64,000 bases of DNA. It comes from Pseudomonadota bacterium (GTDB lineage: Bacteria; Pseudomonadota; Alphaproteobacteria; RF32; CAG-239). Below are positions 19,393-29,800 of the stretch, piece after piece. Under the pieces are notes generated by a model. The model did not search any database and was not told where the DNA came from. It saw only the letters and a program-made list of their open reading frames with translations. Where the stretch lies: positions 32,001 to 96,000 of the forward strand of contig CAKJXZ020000003.1 of the NCBI GenBank assembly GCA_918234285.1, given 5' to 3'. The stretch's first letter is position 1. Each line of letters begins with the position of its first letter. A program made the position numbers and the translations under genes.

Positions 19393-20332
19393 AAAATATT
19401 TTATAAGCGCTTTCATTTTTGTTTTTGTATCCGCCGCTTGCGGTATCGGTGCATGGTTATACACTTCATGGCGCAACAGCCTGTCGGTTGGCGGTGCCCC
19501 GACTTTTGCCGCCACCAAAGCCAAAATGTCATACTTGGGAAAAATCAAAATAACCAACCCCGGCGGTAGCGAAATTACCTTATCGCGCCAAGAGGGAATT
19601 TGGCACTTTGAAGAAGCCAAAAATTATTTTGCCAATCTTAATCAGATGAATGATATGTTGCGAATGCTCAACGATTCATCCGTTATTTCGGCAGAAGAAA
19701 CCGGTAAGCACCAACTTGAACGCCGCGGTTTGGATACTCAGTCCGGAGTTTTGTTGCAAACCTATACCCTTGATAACAAAATTCTCGACAGCTTGATTAT
19801 CGGCAAAAAAGATGGCAAAAAAATCTGTTATGCTCGCCAACCGCAATCCGAAACATACACCCTGCGCATCAGCTCTTGCGGTAGTTTTTCCGGCCAACCT
19901 GCCGACTGGATTCCTTATCCGTTACTCTCCGTACCGCATGATGAAATTGCGCGTATCCAAACCCCCGAAAAAGAATTATATGACAACGAAATTCATGAGC
20001 AAATTATGCAATCGAGCGATATGCGGCGCTTTATTTTGGCGCTTGGTGCCGTCGACTATCAGGGAATCGCACTTCGTGAAGAGCTGCTGAACAACCCTAA
20101 TCTGGAAATATCCACCCGCCAAATAGAAGTAGAACTTAAAAACGGGCTGGTTTATATTTTCAATATCCATTTAATCGAGGGCTCTTATTGGCTTGAGCCG
20201 GCTATGAAAGTCGGTAAAATTGCTCGCAAATCGGTACCGGAGTTCATCGAAAAAAATCGCAGCTATTTTGAAAATTGGCTGTTTCAACTGGGTGACGCTC
20301 AAGGTAAAATCCTTTATAACTTTAAGGGCTGA
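19385..20332 (+). CDS. DUF4340-like protein
   Basis: N-terminal TM anchor, ITLSRQEGIW, LIIGKK; typical position after gldG. Confidence 0.7.
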   Translation: MNKKYFISAFIFVFVSAACGIGAWLYTSWRNSLSVGGAPTFAATKAKMSYLGKIKITNPGGSEITLSRQEGIWHFEEAKNYFANLNQMNDMLRMLNDSSVISAEETGKHQLERRGLDTQSGVLLQTYTLDNKILDSLIIGKKDGKKICYARQPQSETYTLRISSCGSFSGQPADWIPYPLLSVPHDEIARIQTPEKELYDNEIHEQIMQSSDMRRFILALGAVDYQGIALREELLNNPNLEISTRQIEVELKNGLVYIFNIHLIEGSYWLEPAMKVGKIARKSVPEFIEKNRSYFENWLFQLGDAQGKILYNFKG

Positions 20333-20344
20333 ATTTGTATTTTT

Positions 20345-21073
20345 TTAATCGTCGGTACGCGCCAACGTCAGCGAATAAATTGCCGCTGCTCCGGCTTTGT
20401 GCAAAACCTTGGCGCATTCGTTTAAGGTTGAACCGGTAGTAGAAACATCATCTATCAGCACAACTTTTTTGCCCTTTATATTTTGCGGATATACTACCGC
20501 AAACGCCTGCTTCAAATTATTTCGCCGCGCCGCCCCCGATAACTGCACCTGCGGCACGGTATTGCGCTGACGCACCAATGCTGCGTAATCCGCCGCAACC
20601 CCGGTTTTCTGCGCCAGATATTTACAAAGCAGTGCCGATTGATTATAACGGCGTTGCAACAATCGCAAACGATGAATCGGTACAGGTATCAACAAATCGG
20701 GGTTTTCTTTCCATATATCGCTTCCGGCCGTATACAGCAAACCCGCCAGTGTTTCCGCACTTCCGGTACGATCGCGGAATTTCAGATTGAGAATTAAATC
20801 CTTGGATTCGTCGTCATAAATAAAAGATGAGCGTTGCAACATAAACAAACGTCTTTTCCGGCGCAAGCACTCGCCGCAATACTGCACCGCCCCGAACTTG
20901 ACATCCGCACCTCCGGCAAACGGCCGCCCGCAACAATGACACAACGGTGCGCTGATAAAGGTTATCTTGGTAAAACAATCGGCGCAAATACCGTTATGCT
21001 CGCTCAATATCTGACCGCACTTAATACATCGCGGCGGTAAAATCATGTTCAGAAAATACTGCCATATTCTCAT
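20345..21073 (-). CDS. comF: ComF family protein
   Basis: N-terminal CxxC zinc fingers, RRYNQS, VLIDDVSTTGST PRTase motif. Confidence 0.93.
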   Translation of the reverse strand: MRIWQYFLNMILPPRCIKCGQILSEHNGICADCFTKITFISAPLCHCCGRPFAGGADVKFGAVQYCGECLRRKRRLFMLQRSSFIYDDESKDLILNLKFRDRTGSAETLAGLLYTAGSDIWKENPDLLIPVPIHRLRLLQRRYNQSALLCKYLAQKTGVAADYAALVRQRNTVPQVQLSGAARRNNLKQAFAVVYPQNIKGKKVVLIDDVSTTGSTLNECAKVLHKAGAAAIYSLTLARTDD

Positions 21074-21942
21074 ATTTTAAGTTCTTGTAACGTGTTATGA
21101 ATCTGATTCATCTGGTCAACCACAATGATTCCGGCCTCGCGCATAATGCGCTTTTTATCGGCAACGGTAACCCGACCGTGAGTAATAATGTCGGCGGCAT
21201 ACCCCATCGTATGCCCGAACGGCAACGCTTCTCCGGCCACAAATGCCACCACCGGTTTTTTAACCGCAAGCCCATAATAATACTCGGCAATCAGTTGCTC
21301 ATAAGCATTATCGGCCTTACCGACCAACACCACCGCTTTGGTAGCATCATCTTCCATAAACCGCCGCAACGGCTCTCTGAAATCGGTACCGATAATCATA
21401 TCATCGCCCAAACCGACCACCGTCGATTGCCCCAGCTTCGCTTCGTTTGTCTGCAAAACCGCCTCATAAGTCAAAGTGGACGAACGCGAAATAACACCGA
21501 TGCAACCTTTTTGATGAATATTATCCGGAAAAATCCCCAAACGTGCCTCTTGCGGCGTAATCAATCCCGGAGTATTCGGTCCTATCATCAGTGTTTTGGA
21601 ACCCTTCAACATGGCGCGGATTTCCAACATATCATGCACCGGCACTCCGCTGGCGATCGAAACAATCAGTCCGATTTCCGCCTCAACCGCCTCTTGCACT
21701 GCTCGCTTAACCGCCATTGCCGGCACAAACAAAACGCTGGCATCAAAATTAAACTGGCGCTGGGCATTATGCACATTATCAAAAACCGGTACTCCGATGT
21801 GCTTTTCCCCCTCGTGCCCCGGCGACGTTCCGGCCACGACATTGGTCCCGTTTTCAATCGAGCGCTTCACATGGAAGGAGGCCTGTGTACCGGTAATTCC
21901 CTGAATCAGCACTCGCGTATTTTTATCGGCCAAAATAGACAT
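21070..21942 (-). CDS. sucD: Succinyl-CoA ligase alpha-subunit homolog, catalytic His replaced by Tyr
   Basis: MSILADKNTRVLIQGITG, GPNTPG, SRSSTLTYEA; MGYAAD where MGHAGA is expected. Confidence 0.88.
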   Translation of the reverse strand: MSILADKNTRVLIQGITGTQASFHVKRSIENGTNVVAGTSPGHEGEKHIGVPVFDNVHNAQRQFNFDASVLFVPAMAVKRAVQEAVEAEIGLIVSIASGVPVHDMLEIRAMLKGSKTLMIGPNTPGLITPQEARLGIFPDNIHQKGCIGVISRSSTLTYEAVLQTNEAKLGQSTVVGLGDDMIIGTDFREPLRRFMEDDATKAVVLVGKADNAYEQLIAEYYYGLAVKKPVVAFVAGEALPFGHTMGYAADIITHGRVTVADKKRIMREAGIIVVDQMNQIHNTLQELKI

Positions 21943-23141
21943 CAGTCGTTAACCTCCATCTTTGCCAACAGCTTTTCCACCGCATCGTTAATGTCATCCG
22001 CAAACACCACCGCAAGATTGGATTGTTGCAAAATTGCTTTGGCTTCTTCTTTATTGGTACCCTCAAAACGTACAATCAGCGGCACGGTCAACCCCACATC
22101 CTGCGATGCTTCCAAAATTCCGTCGGCAATCAGATTGCAACGCAGAAATCCGCCGATAATATTAATCAACATTCCCTCAACTCGCGGATTGGTCATGATG
22201 ATTTTAATACCGGCGGCAATTTTTTCTTTATCCACACCGCCCTTAACATTTAGCGAACAAGCAGTGCCGTATCCCTTGGACTGAATAATATCCATTGCCT
22301 CCAGCGCCAAACCTTCGCCGTTGACGATGCAGCCTATATTCCCGTCAAACTCATGATATTGAAAGCCGCATAATCTGGCGCGACGGTGGCGTTTTTCTTC
22401 TTCAAAATCTTCGTGAATCCGCACAATATCCGGGTGCCGAAACATAGCATTGTTGTCAAACTTAATCTTAGCATCAAGCGCAATCAGTTTCTTATCCGGC
22501 AAAATCCCCACCGGATTGATTTCAATCATCTGCGCGTCCAAATTAACAAACGTAAACAACAACTTGCCGAAAAAATCATGAAAACTCTGCAAATATATTT
22601 TATCCAACGACAGAAAATCCAAAATCTGGAAAATCTGTTCATCGCTGATACCGGAATCCTGCTGCAAATTAATCCGCAGAATTTTCTCTCGCCGCTGTGC
22701 CAATGTAACGATATTCTCGTCGGCCACTTCCGAAATCAGCAGAGTTATGCACGGCACCGAACTGTCAATAATCATACCCGCATAAAACGGATGCTTGACT
22801 TCTTCAAATTTTTCCACATAAACCTTGGTAACCAAACGCCCCTTATCGCCGGTTTGTTCCGTAACCAAAGTGTTGTTGAGCATTTGTGCCGCCTCATACA
22901 AAACGTTGCTGATTTGCGTTACCTGCCGGATTCCGCCCTTACCGCCGGCGTCGTGATCAATAAAATGTCCGGTAGCTCTGGCGCCCGATTGAATTTGCGC
23001 TTTAAGCATCCACGGCCCGCGTGACGACAGCTTTTGTGCCACTCTTTTGGCCTCACTCGGCGTATATGCAATACCTCCCGGCGGAACGAGAATACCGTAT
23101 TGCGCTAAAATTTTCTTCGCCTGATATTCATGGATGTTCAT
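21942..23141 (-). CDS. sucC: Succinyl-CoA ligase beta-subunit homolog (divergent)
   Basis: MNIHEYQAK, EINPV, LDAK, VNGEGLA, NIIGGFLRC, RFEGTN. Confidence 0.88.
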   Translation of the reverse strand: MNIHEYQAKKILAQYGILVPPGGIAYTPSEAKRVAQKLSSRGPWMLKAQIQSGARATGHFIDHDAGGKGGIRQVTQISNVLYEAAQMLNNTLVTEQTGDKGRLVTKVYVEKFEEVKHPFYAGMIIDSSVPCITLLISEVADENIVTLAQRREKILRINLQQDSGISDEQIFQILDFLSLDKIYLQSFHDFFGKLLFTFVNLDAQMIEINPVGILPDKKLIALDAKIKFDNNAMFRHPDIVRIHEDFEEEKRHRRARLCGFQYHEFDGNIGCIVNGEGLALEAMDIIQSKGYGTACSLNVKGGVDKEKIAAGIKIIMTNPRVEGMLINIIGGFLRCNLIADGILEASQDVGLTVPLIVRFEGTNKEEAKAILQQSNLAVVFADDINDAVEKLLAKMEVND

Positions 23142-23150
23142 ACAAATTCC

Positions 23151-23552
23151 TTACTTAAAGTCCGCATATTCTTTAATTTTAGCCACCATCGATAACATAC
23201 CGTTGCGGCGGCTCGGCGTTAAATTTTCCTCTAAACCGAGTTTAGCAAAAATTTTCATAACATCAATACTTTTTATTTCTTCAGGTGTTTTATCGTTATA
23301 AATCAGCAAAATAATCGCTATAATTCCCCGCACCAAAATCGCATCGCTGTCGCCGGCAAAATGAATACATCCGTTTACAAAATGCGGCACCAGCCATACT
23401 TGCGATTGGCAACCTTTTACCTTCCATTCTTCGGTTTTGTACGCCGCGTCCAAAGGTTCGAGTTTATTGCCCAAATCTATGACATACTGATATTTTTCTT
23501 CCCAATTTTCAAAAAAAGAAAAATTTTCGATAAGCTCCTCAATATCCATCAC
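23151..23552 (-). CDS. sufE: SufE cysteine desulfuration protein
   Basis: WEEKYQY, VKGCQSQVW, DSDAILVRG, LTPSRRNG. Confidence 0.93.
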   Translation of the reverse strand: MMDIEELIENFSFFENWEEKYQYVIDLGNKLEPLDAAYKTEEWKVKGCQSQVWLVPHFVNGCIHFAGDSDAILVRGIIAIILLIYNDKTPEEIKSIDVMKIFAKLGLEENLTPSRRNGMLSMVAKIKEYADFK

Positions 23553-24013
23553 AGCAACTCCAACATTTCTTTGGCCTCATCGGTCAGTTTATCCGGTGTC
23601 CAAGCCGGTTCCCACACCAATTTCACCTCGATTTTGCCAACTCCCTCCAGCAAAGCAATCGCATCGGCGACCTGCTGCGGCAAAACTCCGGCAATCGGAC
23701 ACGTCGGCGCCGTCAGTGTCATTTCGATATATAAATCACCGTTATCTTTCTGGTCTATCTTATAAATCAGCCCCATATCATAAACGTTTATTGGGATTTC
23801 CGGATCGGAGACGGTACGAATTTGCTCGACAATATCAATCATCTTGGCCTTTTGCGTACCCTCTGCCAACACCTCTCCGGCATAAGCCACAAAATCCGGC
23901 AACGGTTCCGCCGAAGTTTCCGCCGCGCTGTCGTCAACACTCATTGCCTGCAACAGCCGACTTTCGGTTGCGCCGATTATTTTTTCTTCCGTTTCTTTAA
24001 TTTCTTCGTTCAT
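23549..24013 (-). CDS. DUF59/SufT Fe-S assembly protein
   Basis: DPEIPINVYDMGLIY, MTLTAPTCP, WEPAW. Confidence 0.92.
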   Translation of the reverse strand: MNEEIKETEEKIIGATESRLLQAMSVDDSAAETSAEPLPDFVAYAGEVLAEGTQKAKMIDIVEQIRTVSDPEIPINVYDMGLIYKIDQKDNGDLYIEMTLTAPTCPIAGVLPQQVADAIALLEGVGKIEVKLVWEPAWTPDKLTDEAKEMLELL

Positions 24014-25236
24014 TATGCTTCTCTGAAAAACTTTTCGGCCTTTATCAATGCCGCCACCAATGCATCTATGTCTTCTTTGGTTGTATATAAACCGAGTGAA
24101 GCCCGTGCCAGTGAATTATACCCCATCCGATTGACAATCGGCTGTGCGCAATGGTGCCCGATTCTGATGGCAACATTTTCTTTATTCAGCACAAAAGCCA
24201 GATCTTGCGGATGTATTTTACCGACGGCAAAACTGAACACCCCGCCTTTATTTTTAGCCGTGCCGATAATTTTGAGTTTCGGCACTTCGGCCAAACGTTC
24301 GTTGGTATATTTGATAAGCTCTTCTTCGTGTCGAACAATATCTGCAAACCCGATTCGCTCTATATATTTTATACCTTCCGCCATACCGACGGCCTGCACC
24401 GATGCCGGAGTACCTGCCTCAAAACGGGCCGGAATATCGGCATACGTCGTTTTTGCAAATGTAACATTATCAATCATGTCTCCGCCAAACTGATACGGCG
24501 GCATTTTTTCCAAAACCTCCGCCTTGCCGTATAACACGCCGATACCGGTCGGGCCGTATATTTTATGGCCGGAAAACGCCGCAAAATCACAATCAATATC
24601 CTGCACATCCAGCGGATAATGCACCGCAAACTGGCAGGCGTCCACCAACACCTTGGCCCCAACTCCGTGCGCGGCCGCGGTAATTTTTTTAATCGGAAAC
24701 ATGGTACCCAAAACATTGGACATGGCACTGACGGCCACCAGTTTGGTCTTTTCGTTCAAACGCGCGAGAAATTCTTCTTCGATATAATCGCCGTTATCCG
24801 CCACCGGAAACACCGCCAACTTGGCTCCGCTGACTTCACACAGATGTTGCCACGGCACTAAATTGGCATGATGTTCGGCCTCCGAAATCAAAATCTCGTC
24901 ACCGGCACGAACATTCTGCAACCCCCAGGTTGCCGCTACCAAATTAATCGATTCCGTAGCGTTGCGTGTAAAAACTATTTCCCTTGTTTCGCGGGCATTG
25001 ATAAACTGCCGCACCGTTTCACGCGCCTGTTCATAAGCCGTGGTAATGGCATCGGCAAAATAATAAGTGCCGCGATGCGGATTGGCATAAAATTCATAAT
25101 AAACGCGACGCATGGCATCAAACACCGCCTGCGGCTTTTGTGCTGAAGCGGTAGTATCGAGATACGCCACCGGTTTGCCGTTGATACGCACATCGAAAAT
25201 CGGAAAATCTTTCCTTATTTTATAAACATCATACAT
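24013..25236 (-). CDS. sufS: SufS cysteine desulfurase
   Basis: YLDTTASAQKP, EHHANLVPW, SGHKIYGPTGIG, RIGHHCA. Confidence 0.95.
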   Translation of the reverse strand: MYDVYKIRKDFPIFDVRINGKPVAYLDTTASAQKPQAVFDAMRRVYYEFYANPHRGTYYFADAITTAYEQARETVRQFINARETREIVFTRNATESINLVAATWGLQNVRAGDEILISEAEHHANLVPWQHLCEVSGAKLAVFPVADNGDYIEEEFLARLNEKTKLVAVSAMSNVLGTMFPIKKITAAAHGVGAKVLVDACQFAVHYPLDVQDIDCDFAAFSGHKIYGPTGIGVLYGKAEVLEKMPPYQFGGDMIDNVTFAKTTYADIPARFEAGTPASVQAVGMAEGIKYIERIGFADIVRHEEELIKYTNERLAEVPKLKIIGTAKNKGGVFSFAVGKIHPQDLAFVLNKENVAIRIGHHCAQPIVNRMGYNSLARASLGLYTTKEDIDALVAALIKAEKFFREA

Positions 25237-25364
25237 CGCATATTCCTTTAAAGCTTTTTACATATTTAGCCTGTAAAAAAATATTTTTCAAGATTTATAT
25301 TGCACCGAATAAAAAATCTCCGACAACAACCGCTGCCGGAGATTATGAAGAATACCTCTGTAGC

Positions 25365-25814
25365 TTATTCGACAATCAAAATCAGACTGTCTTTAACCGC
25401 CGTAACTTTGGCCTTATCGCCTTTTTTCAGCGGCTTTTCGGTATATGCCAACCAATAAGTATCGCCAACCTTAACCTTGGTTTGGCTGTCGACTACATCT
25501 TCGGCAATCGTCACCGTACGACCGACAAATTGTTGCGCCGAGTCATTCAAATTGCGATATTCCTGCGGTGCCTGCACTCTTTTGAAAATAAAGCGATAAG
25601 AATACCAGCCGATAACCGCAAAAATTGCCGAAAATGCGGCAAACCAGATGATTTGCGTGGAGAGCGCCATCGGTATAAAATACGTCAAAACGCTCATACA
25701 CAGCCCGGCCAAACCGAACCAAATCAAATAGGTTCCCGGCACTATCAATTCCAAAATCGACAAGGCCAGACCGATAATCAGCCAGTTTGTCGCCGCCGTT
25801 TCAAATAACATCAT
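25365..25814 (-). CDS. NfeD family membrane protein
   Basis: ELIVPGTYLIWFG, VKVGDTYW; paired with SPFH gene. Confidence 0.9.
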   Translation of the reverse strand: MMLFETAATNWLIIGLALSILELIVPGTYLIWFGLAGLCMSVLTYFIPMALSTQIIWFAAFSAIFAVIGWYSYRFIFKRVQAPQEYRNLNDSAQQFVGRTVTIAEDVVDSQTKVKVGDTYWLAYTEKPLKKGDKAKVTAVKDSLILIVE

Positions 25815-25822
25815 AGTTCTCC

Positions 25823-26734
25823 TTATTTTTTAGGTTTTTCAGCAACGTTTTTAGCAATCTCGGCAATACCGGCAATCGTGCCCATAACCTGCGTGGCATC
25901 AACCGGCAACATCAGCAGCTTCTCATTCGGCGAAGTAACAATACCTTGCAAAGCATCGATATATTTCTGCCCCAAGAAGTACGATAAAGCGTTTTGATTA
26001 CCCTTTTCAATGGCGTCGGAAACGAGTTTGGTAGCCGTTGCTTCGGCCTGAGCTGAACGTTCGCGAGCCTCGGCTTCACGGAATGCGGCTTCTCTGTTAC
26101 CTTCGGCTTCCAAAATAACCGCCTGTTTTTCACCTTCCGCTTTCAAAATTTCCGCCTGACGCAAACCTTCGGCTTCCAAAATGTTGGCACGCTTATCGCG
26201 CTCGGCCATCATCTGGCGCGCCATGGAATCAATCAAATTTGCCGGTGGGGTAATATCCTTAATTTCTACACGCGTAACTTTTACGCCCCACGGAATGGTT
26301 GCCACGTCGACCACATCCAACAGCCGTTGGTTGATGATGTTGCGTTGCGACAACAGCTCATCGATTTCCATACTGCCGATAACCGTACGAATGTTGGTCA
26401 TTACCAAATTCATAATCGCAAAATCGAGATTTTCCACCTGATAGGCGGCCTTTACCGCATCCTGAATTTGATAAAACAGCACGCCGTTCACCGTTACCAT
26501 AGCGTTATCTTTGGTAATCACTTCCTGCGAAGCCACATCCAAAACCTGCTCCTTGCGGTTGATTTTGGCGCCGATGTTTTCAAAAATCGGAATCAATATA
26601 TGAAAACCCGGTTTCAGCGAACGAGTATATTTACCGAAGTTTTCCACGGTATATTCATAACCCTGTTGCACGATAACCACATACTTCAACAAAATCAGAA
26701 ACACCAAAATAACCAGAACGATAGCAACTTCCAT
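25823..26734 (-). CDS. SPFH/stomatin domain protein (QmcA-like)
   Basis: QEVITKDNA, WGVKVTRVEIKDI, QMMAERDKRA. Confidence 0.93.
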   Translation of the reverse strand: MEVAIVLVILVFLILLKYVVIVQQGYEYTVENFGKYTRSLKPGFHILIPIFENIGAKINRKEQVLDVASQEVITKDNAMVTVNGVLFYQIQDAVKAAYQVENLDFAIMNLVMTNIRTVIGSMEIDELLSQRNIINQRLLDVVDVATIPWGVKVTRVEIKDITPPANLIDSMARQMMAERDKRANILEAEGLRQAEILKAEGEKQAVILEAEGNREAAFREAEARERSAQAEATATKLVSDAIEKGNQNALSYFLGQKYIDALQGIVTSPNEKLLMLPVDATQVMGTIAGIAEIAKNVAEKPKK

Positions 26735-26878
26735 TGTTTATTCCTTTCACATAATAACCGTTAAACCGTATCTGAACATAAAATATACTTTGTTTTATAT
26801 TTTCGCAAGCAAAAAAACACCCCGCCGTAAAGCAGGGTGTTAAATTCAGTATTTATGCTTGTTATTTCGGGTTCAACA

Positions 26879-29800
26879 CTACATTTCGCGTCCGCTTTTA
26901 CCGAAATTTTTCAAGACCGACTTAACTTTGTTTTCCGACAGCTTTGAAGCCCTTACTTCGGTAACATTTCCTTTGGCGTCAATATCGCGTTCATACATGT
27001 TTTTACTGTCGCCGTCACGAATGTATTCTCTTATTTCGCCGTTTTGATTGCGGATTTTACCGATTAACTGGTCTTCTTTACCGCCGTCACCGCCCACGGT
27101 GTTTGACGCCAAATTCGCACCCTTGTAGGTGGCAACGTCGTGACCGTTATGGTGTTCAAGTTTCATTCTGACACCGTCAACGGTACGAGTTTCGGTATTA
27201 CCATCGTTGCTGACCTTAACGTGAATTTTATGACCGTTAACCGTACCCTTAACATTATAGCCGTGCTTTTTCATTTCTTCCGCCGATGTAATCGGGTTAT
27301 CCGGATGTTTGGCATTATACTCTTCCATCGCCACTCTGCCGGCATATTCTTCGGCTGTGGCATTGGCATCGGCGGTTACCGGCATATAAACCGTATGTTC
27401 ATGCTTTTTAGTGAAAATACGTTTAAACCAACTTCCGGATTCGCTTTTGCCGGTAACATTTCCCATCTTCTTCTGTTCTTCAATGGCCTTTTGCGCATCT
27501 TCGGTAAGGCCGCTCTGTTTGGTCGGGTCCGGAACAATTCGCGGCTGACCTTCCGGTGTATCCACGCCTCTTATCGGTGCGGAGCCGCCATTACCGCCGG
27601 CCTCGTTGCCTTCTGCAGAACCGTGACCGCCGTTACCGCCGGAAGAACGGGTCCAACCGTGGTCGCGTTCCACTACTTCGCCGCCCGGACGAATAATCAT
27701 GTGTCCGGAGTTAAGTTTACCGGCTATCCGATCGAACTCGCCGCTGTCAAGTTTGGCCTGAAATTCTGCTTGTTGCGCATCGGTCAGTTGCAATTTGCTT
27801 AAATAAGAAGTCATACCGGATTTAACAATATGCGTATTACTGCCGCGTAAATCGTCAAAGTCCTTACCTTCCATCAAGCCCATTTCCTTCAAAATTACAT
27901 AAGTGGCATTCGGCATGTCCGTAACTTTTGCATCGGTAATATTAAATTCGTGAGTTGCCGGAGTTTCGGTAATTACATCACTGCCACCGTTATCCTGTTC
28001 TCCAAGCTCTTTACCGACGGCGGCACCGGTTTGTGCACCGTCCGCCAATTCATTATTCTCCGGAGCGCCGAAGAAATAGTTTTTAAGTCCCGTAACTTTT
28101 TCTCCGACAAAATCCTGTGCCGTATCGCTCAGCATAAATCCGCCGGCAGCCACACCGAGAGCAGCGGCTAAACCTTTGCCTTTGCTCCCCTTAATTTGTC
28201 CGACCAATTCCATAGCCTTTTCTTTGTCTTCTGCCGACATATTCGGAGCATATTGATCCAACTTTGCCAACACTTTTTCATCGCCGTTACGTATCAATTT
28301 AGAAAGATCTTTGGCGATTTTTTGTGCCGTAGTGGCCTTTTTAATACCGAACAACCCTTTGCCCGGCTCTTCCTGTTGCGGCAAATATTTCTGCAGCAAA
28401 TCCGCCAAATCTTTTTGTGCTTTGGCAGCATCATGACGGACATTGAGATATTGTCCCAAACCGGCCGCCGCCGTAATCGTACCGGCAACTTTGGCTTTGC
28501 CCAACCCCATAATGGTAGTCTGCGCCGCGTTTTGTGCCGCCTGAGCGCCCCATCCGGTCATACTGCCCCACGCTCCGAATGCTAAAGTTCCGGAAGCAGC
28601 CATTACCGTGGTAAACGCGGCCGAGGTCAGGAACAAACCGGCCTGACGAGCCAAATTGATGGTTTCTTCACGATTATCTTTCAAATATCCGAAAAAGCCT
28701 TTAATTGAGGTTTTGCCGTCACTCTTTTCTTTATAATTTCTCCACGATTTTCTAACGGCTCCAAACAATTTACAACCTTGACGCGCCGTTATACCGATAG
28801 GGCCGAATGCCGCCGCCAAACCGGCAGTCCAGGCCACGTTTTTGATACATTCCTTAACCGCGCCCATAACCGTAGGATGCTTAGCCGTCATTTGATTTTT
28901 GGCTTCTGCCGCTCTTTCCGGCGTCTGTTTCATACCGGTTTTTCTGCCCAAGCGAGAAGCATAGATTGCATTTTTATCGGTATAAATACCGTTGGCAATC
29001 GTATAGGTATTGGTAGCCACATACTTGGCAAATTTTGCCATATATTCTTTCTTCTTTTCCGGATCTTTCTGTGCCTCATTCCATTCGTCAGCAGAAAGTT
29101 TATTATCCTTCAGATATTTTTTCAGCCACTCATTTCTCTCTTCCGGCGAACTCATGATATTGTTGAAAGTCAGCGTAACCGTTGCCAGATATTGAGCGCT
29201 GATTTCTTCAACTTTTTGATGATAACGCTCAATATTCTTTTGGTTGTCATCGTCAGGCGTTTCCAAAGAAAGCTGGGTTAAAGCAGTGGTGCGAATAACA
29301 TCCAAAGTTTCTTTGAAAACTTCCGGATTTTCTTTTGCAAACACTACCGTGGCCGGGTCTTTTTTCAATTCTTCCGGCATCGAATCCGTATACGGAGTTT
29401 TTTCGGTCAGAGCCGCCCATTTATCTTCGTTTTCTTTGATTTTTTCCGGGCTCGGCAACTCGCCGTCCAAACCGTTATTCTTGTCGTATTCTGCCAGTTT
29501 TTGTTCCAACTCGTCGGCTTTTTCGTATTTGTAATTCGGATCTGCCCCCAATAAAATATCGGCATAATCTTTAACCAACGGAGCATTGTTTTCATCAAGA
29601 TTGATTTCTTTGATTTCCTTGGCGGCATATTTTTCAATGTCTTTCATCTCGCCGTTGATTTCAGCCATTTTCTCGGCAATTTCTTTAGCCTCCGGAGTAT
29701 CTAAAGAAGCAAATTCCTCACCGAATTGCGATACTCCCTGACTGACCAGGTTGTTATAATCTTCTTTTAATTTTTTATAATATTGCAACAAATCATACGA

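Noticed and set aside
16397-20332. Gliding motility system from GldA/F/G similarity
   Set aside because: This ABC-GldG-DUF4340 module is widespread in non-gliding bacteria, and no gliding motor or T9SS genes are present
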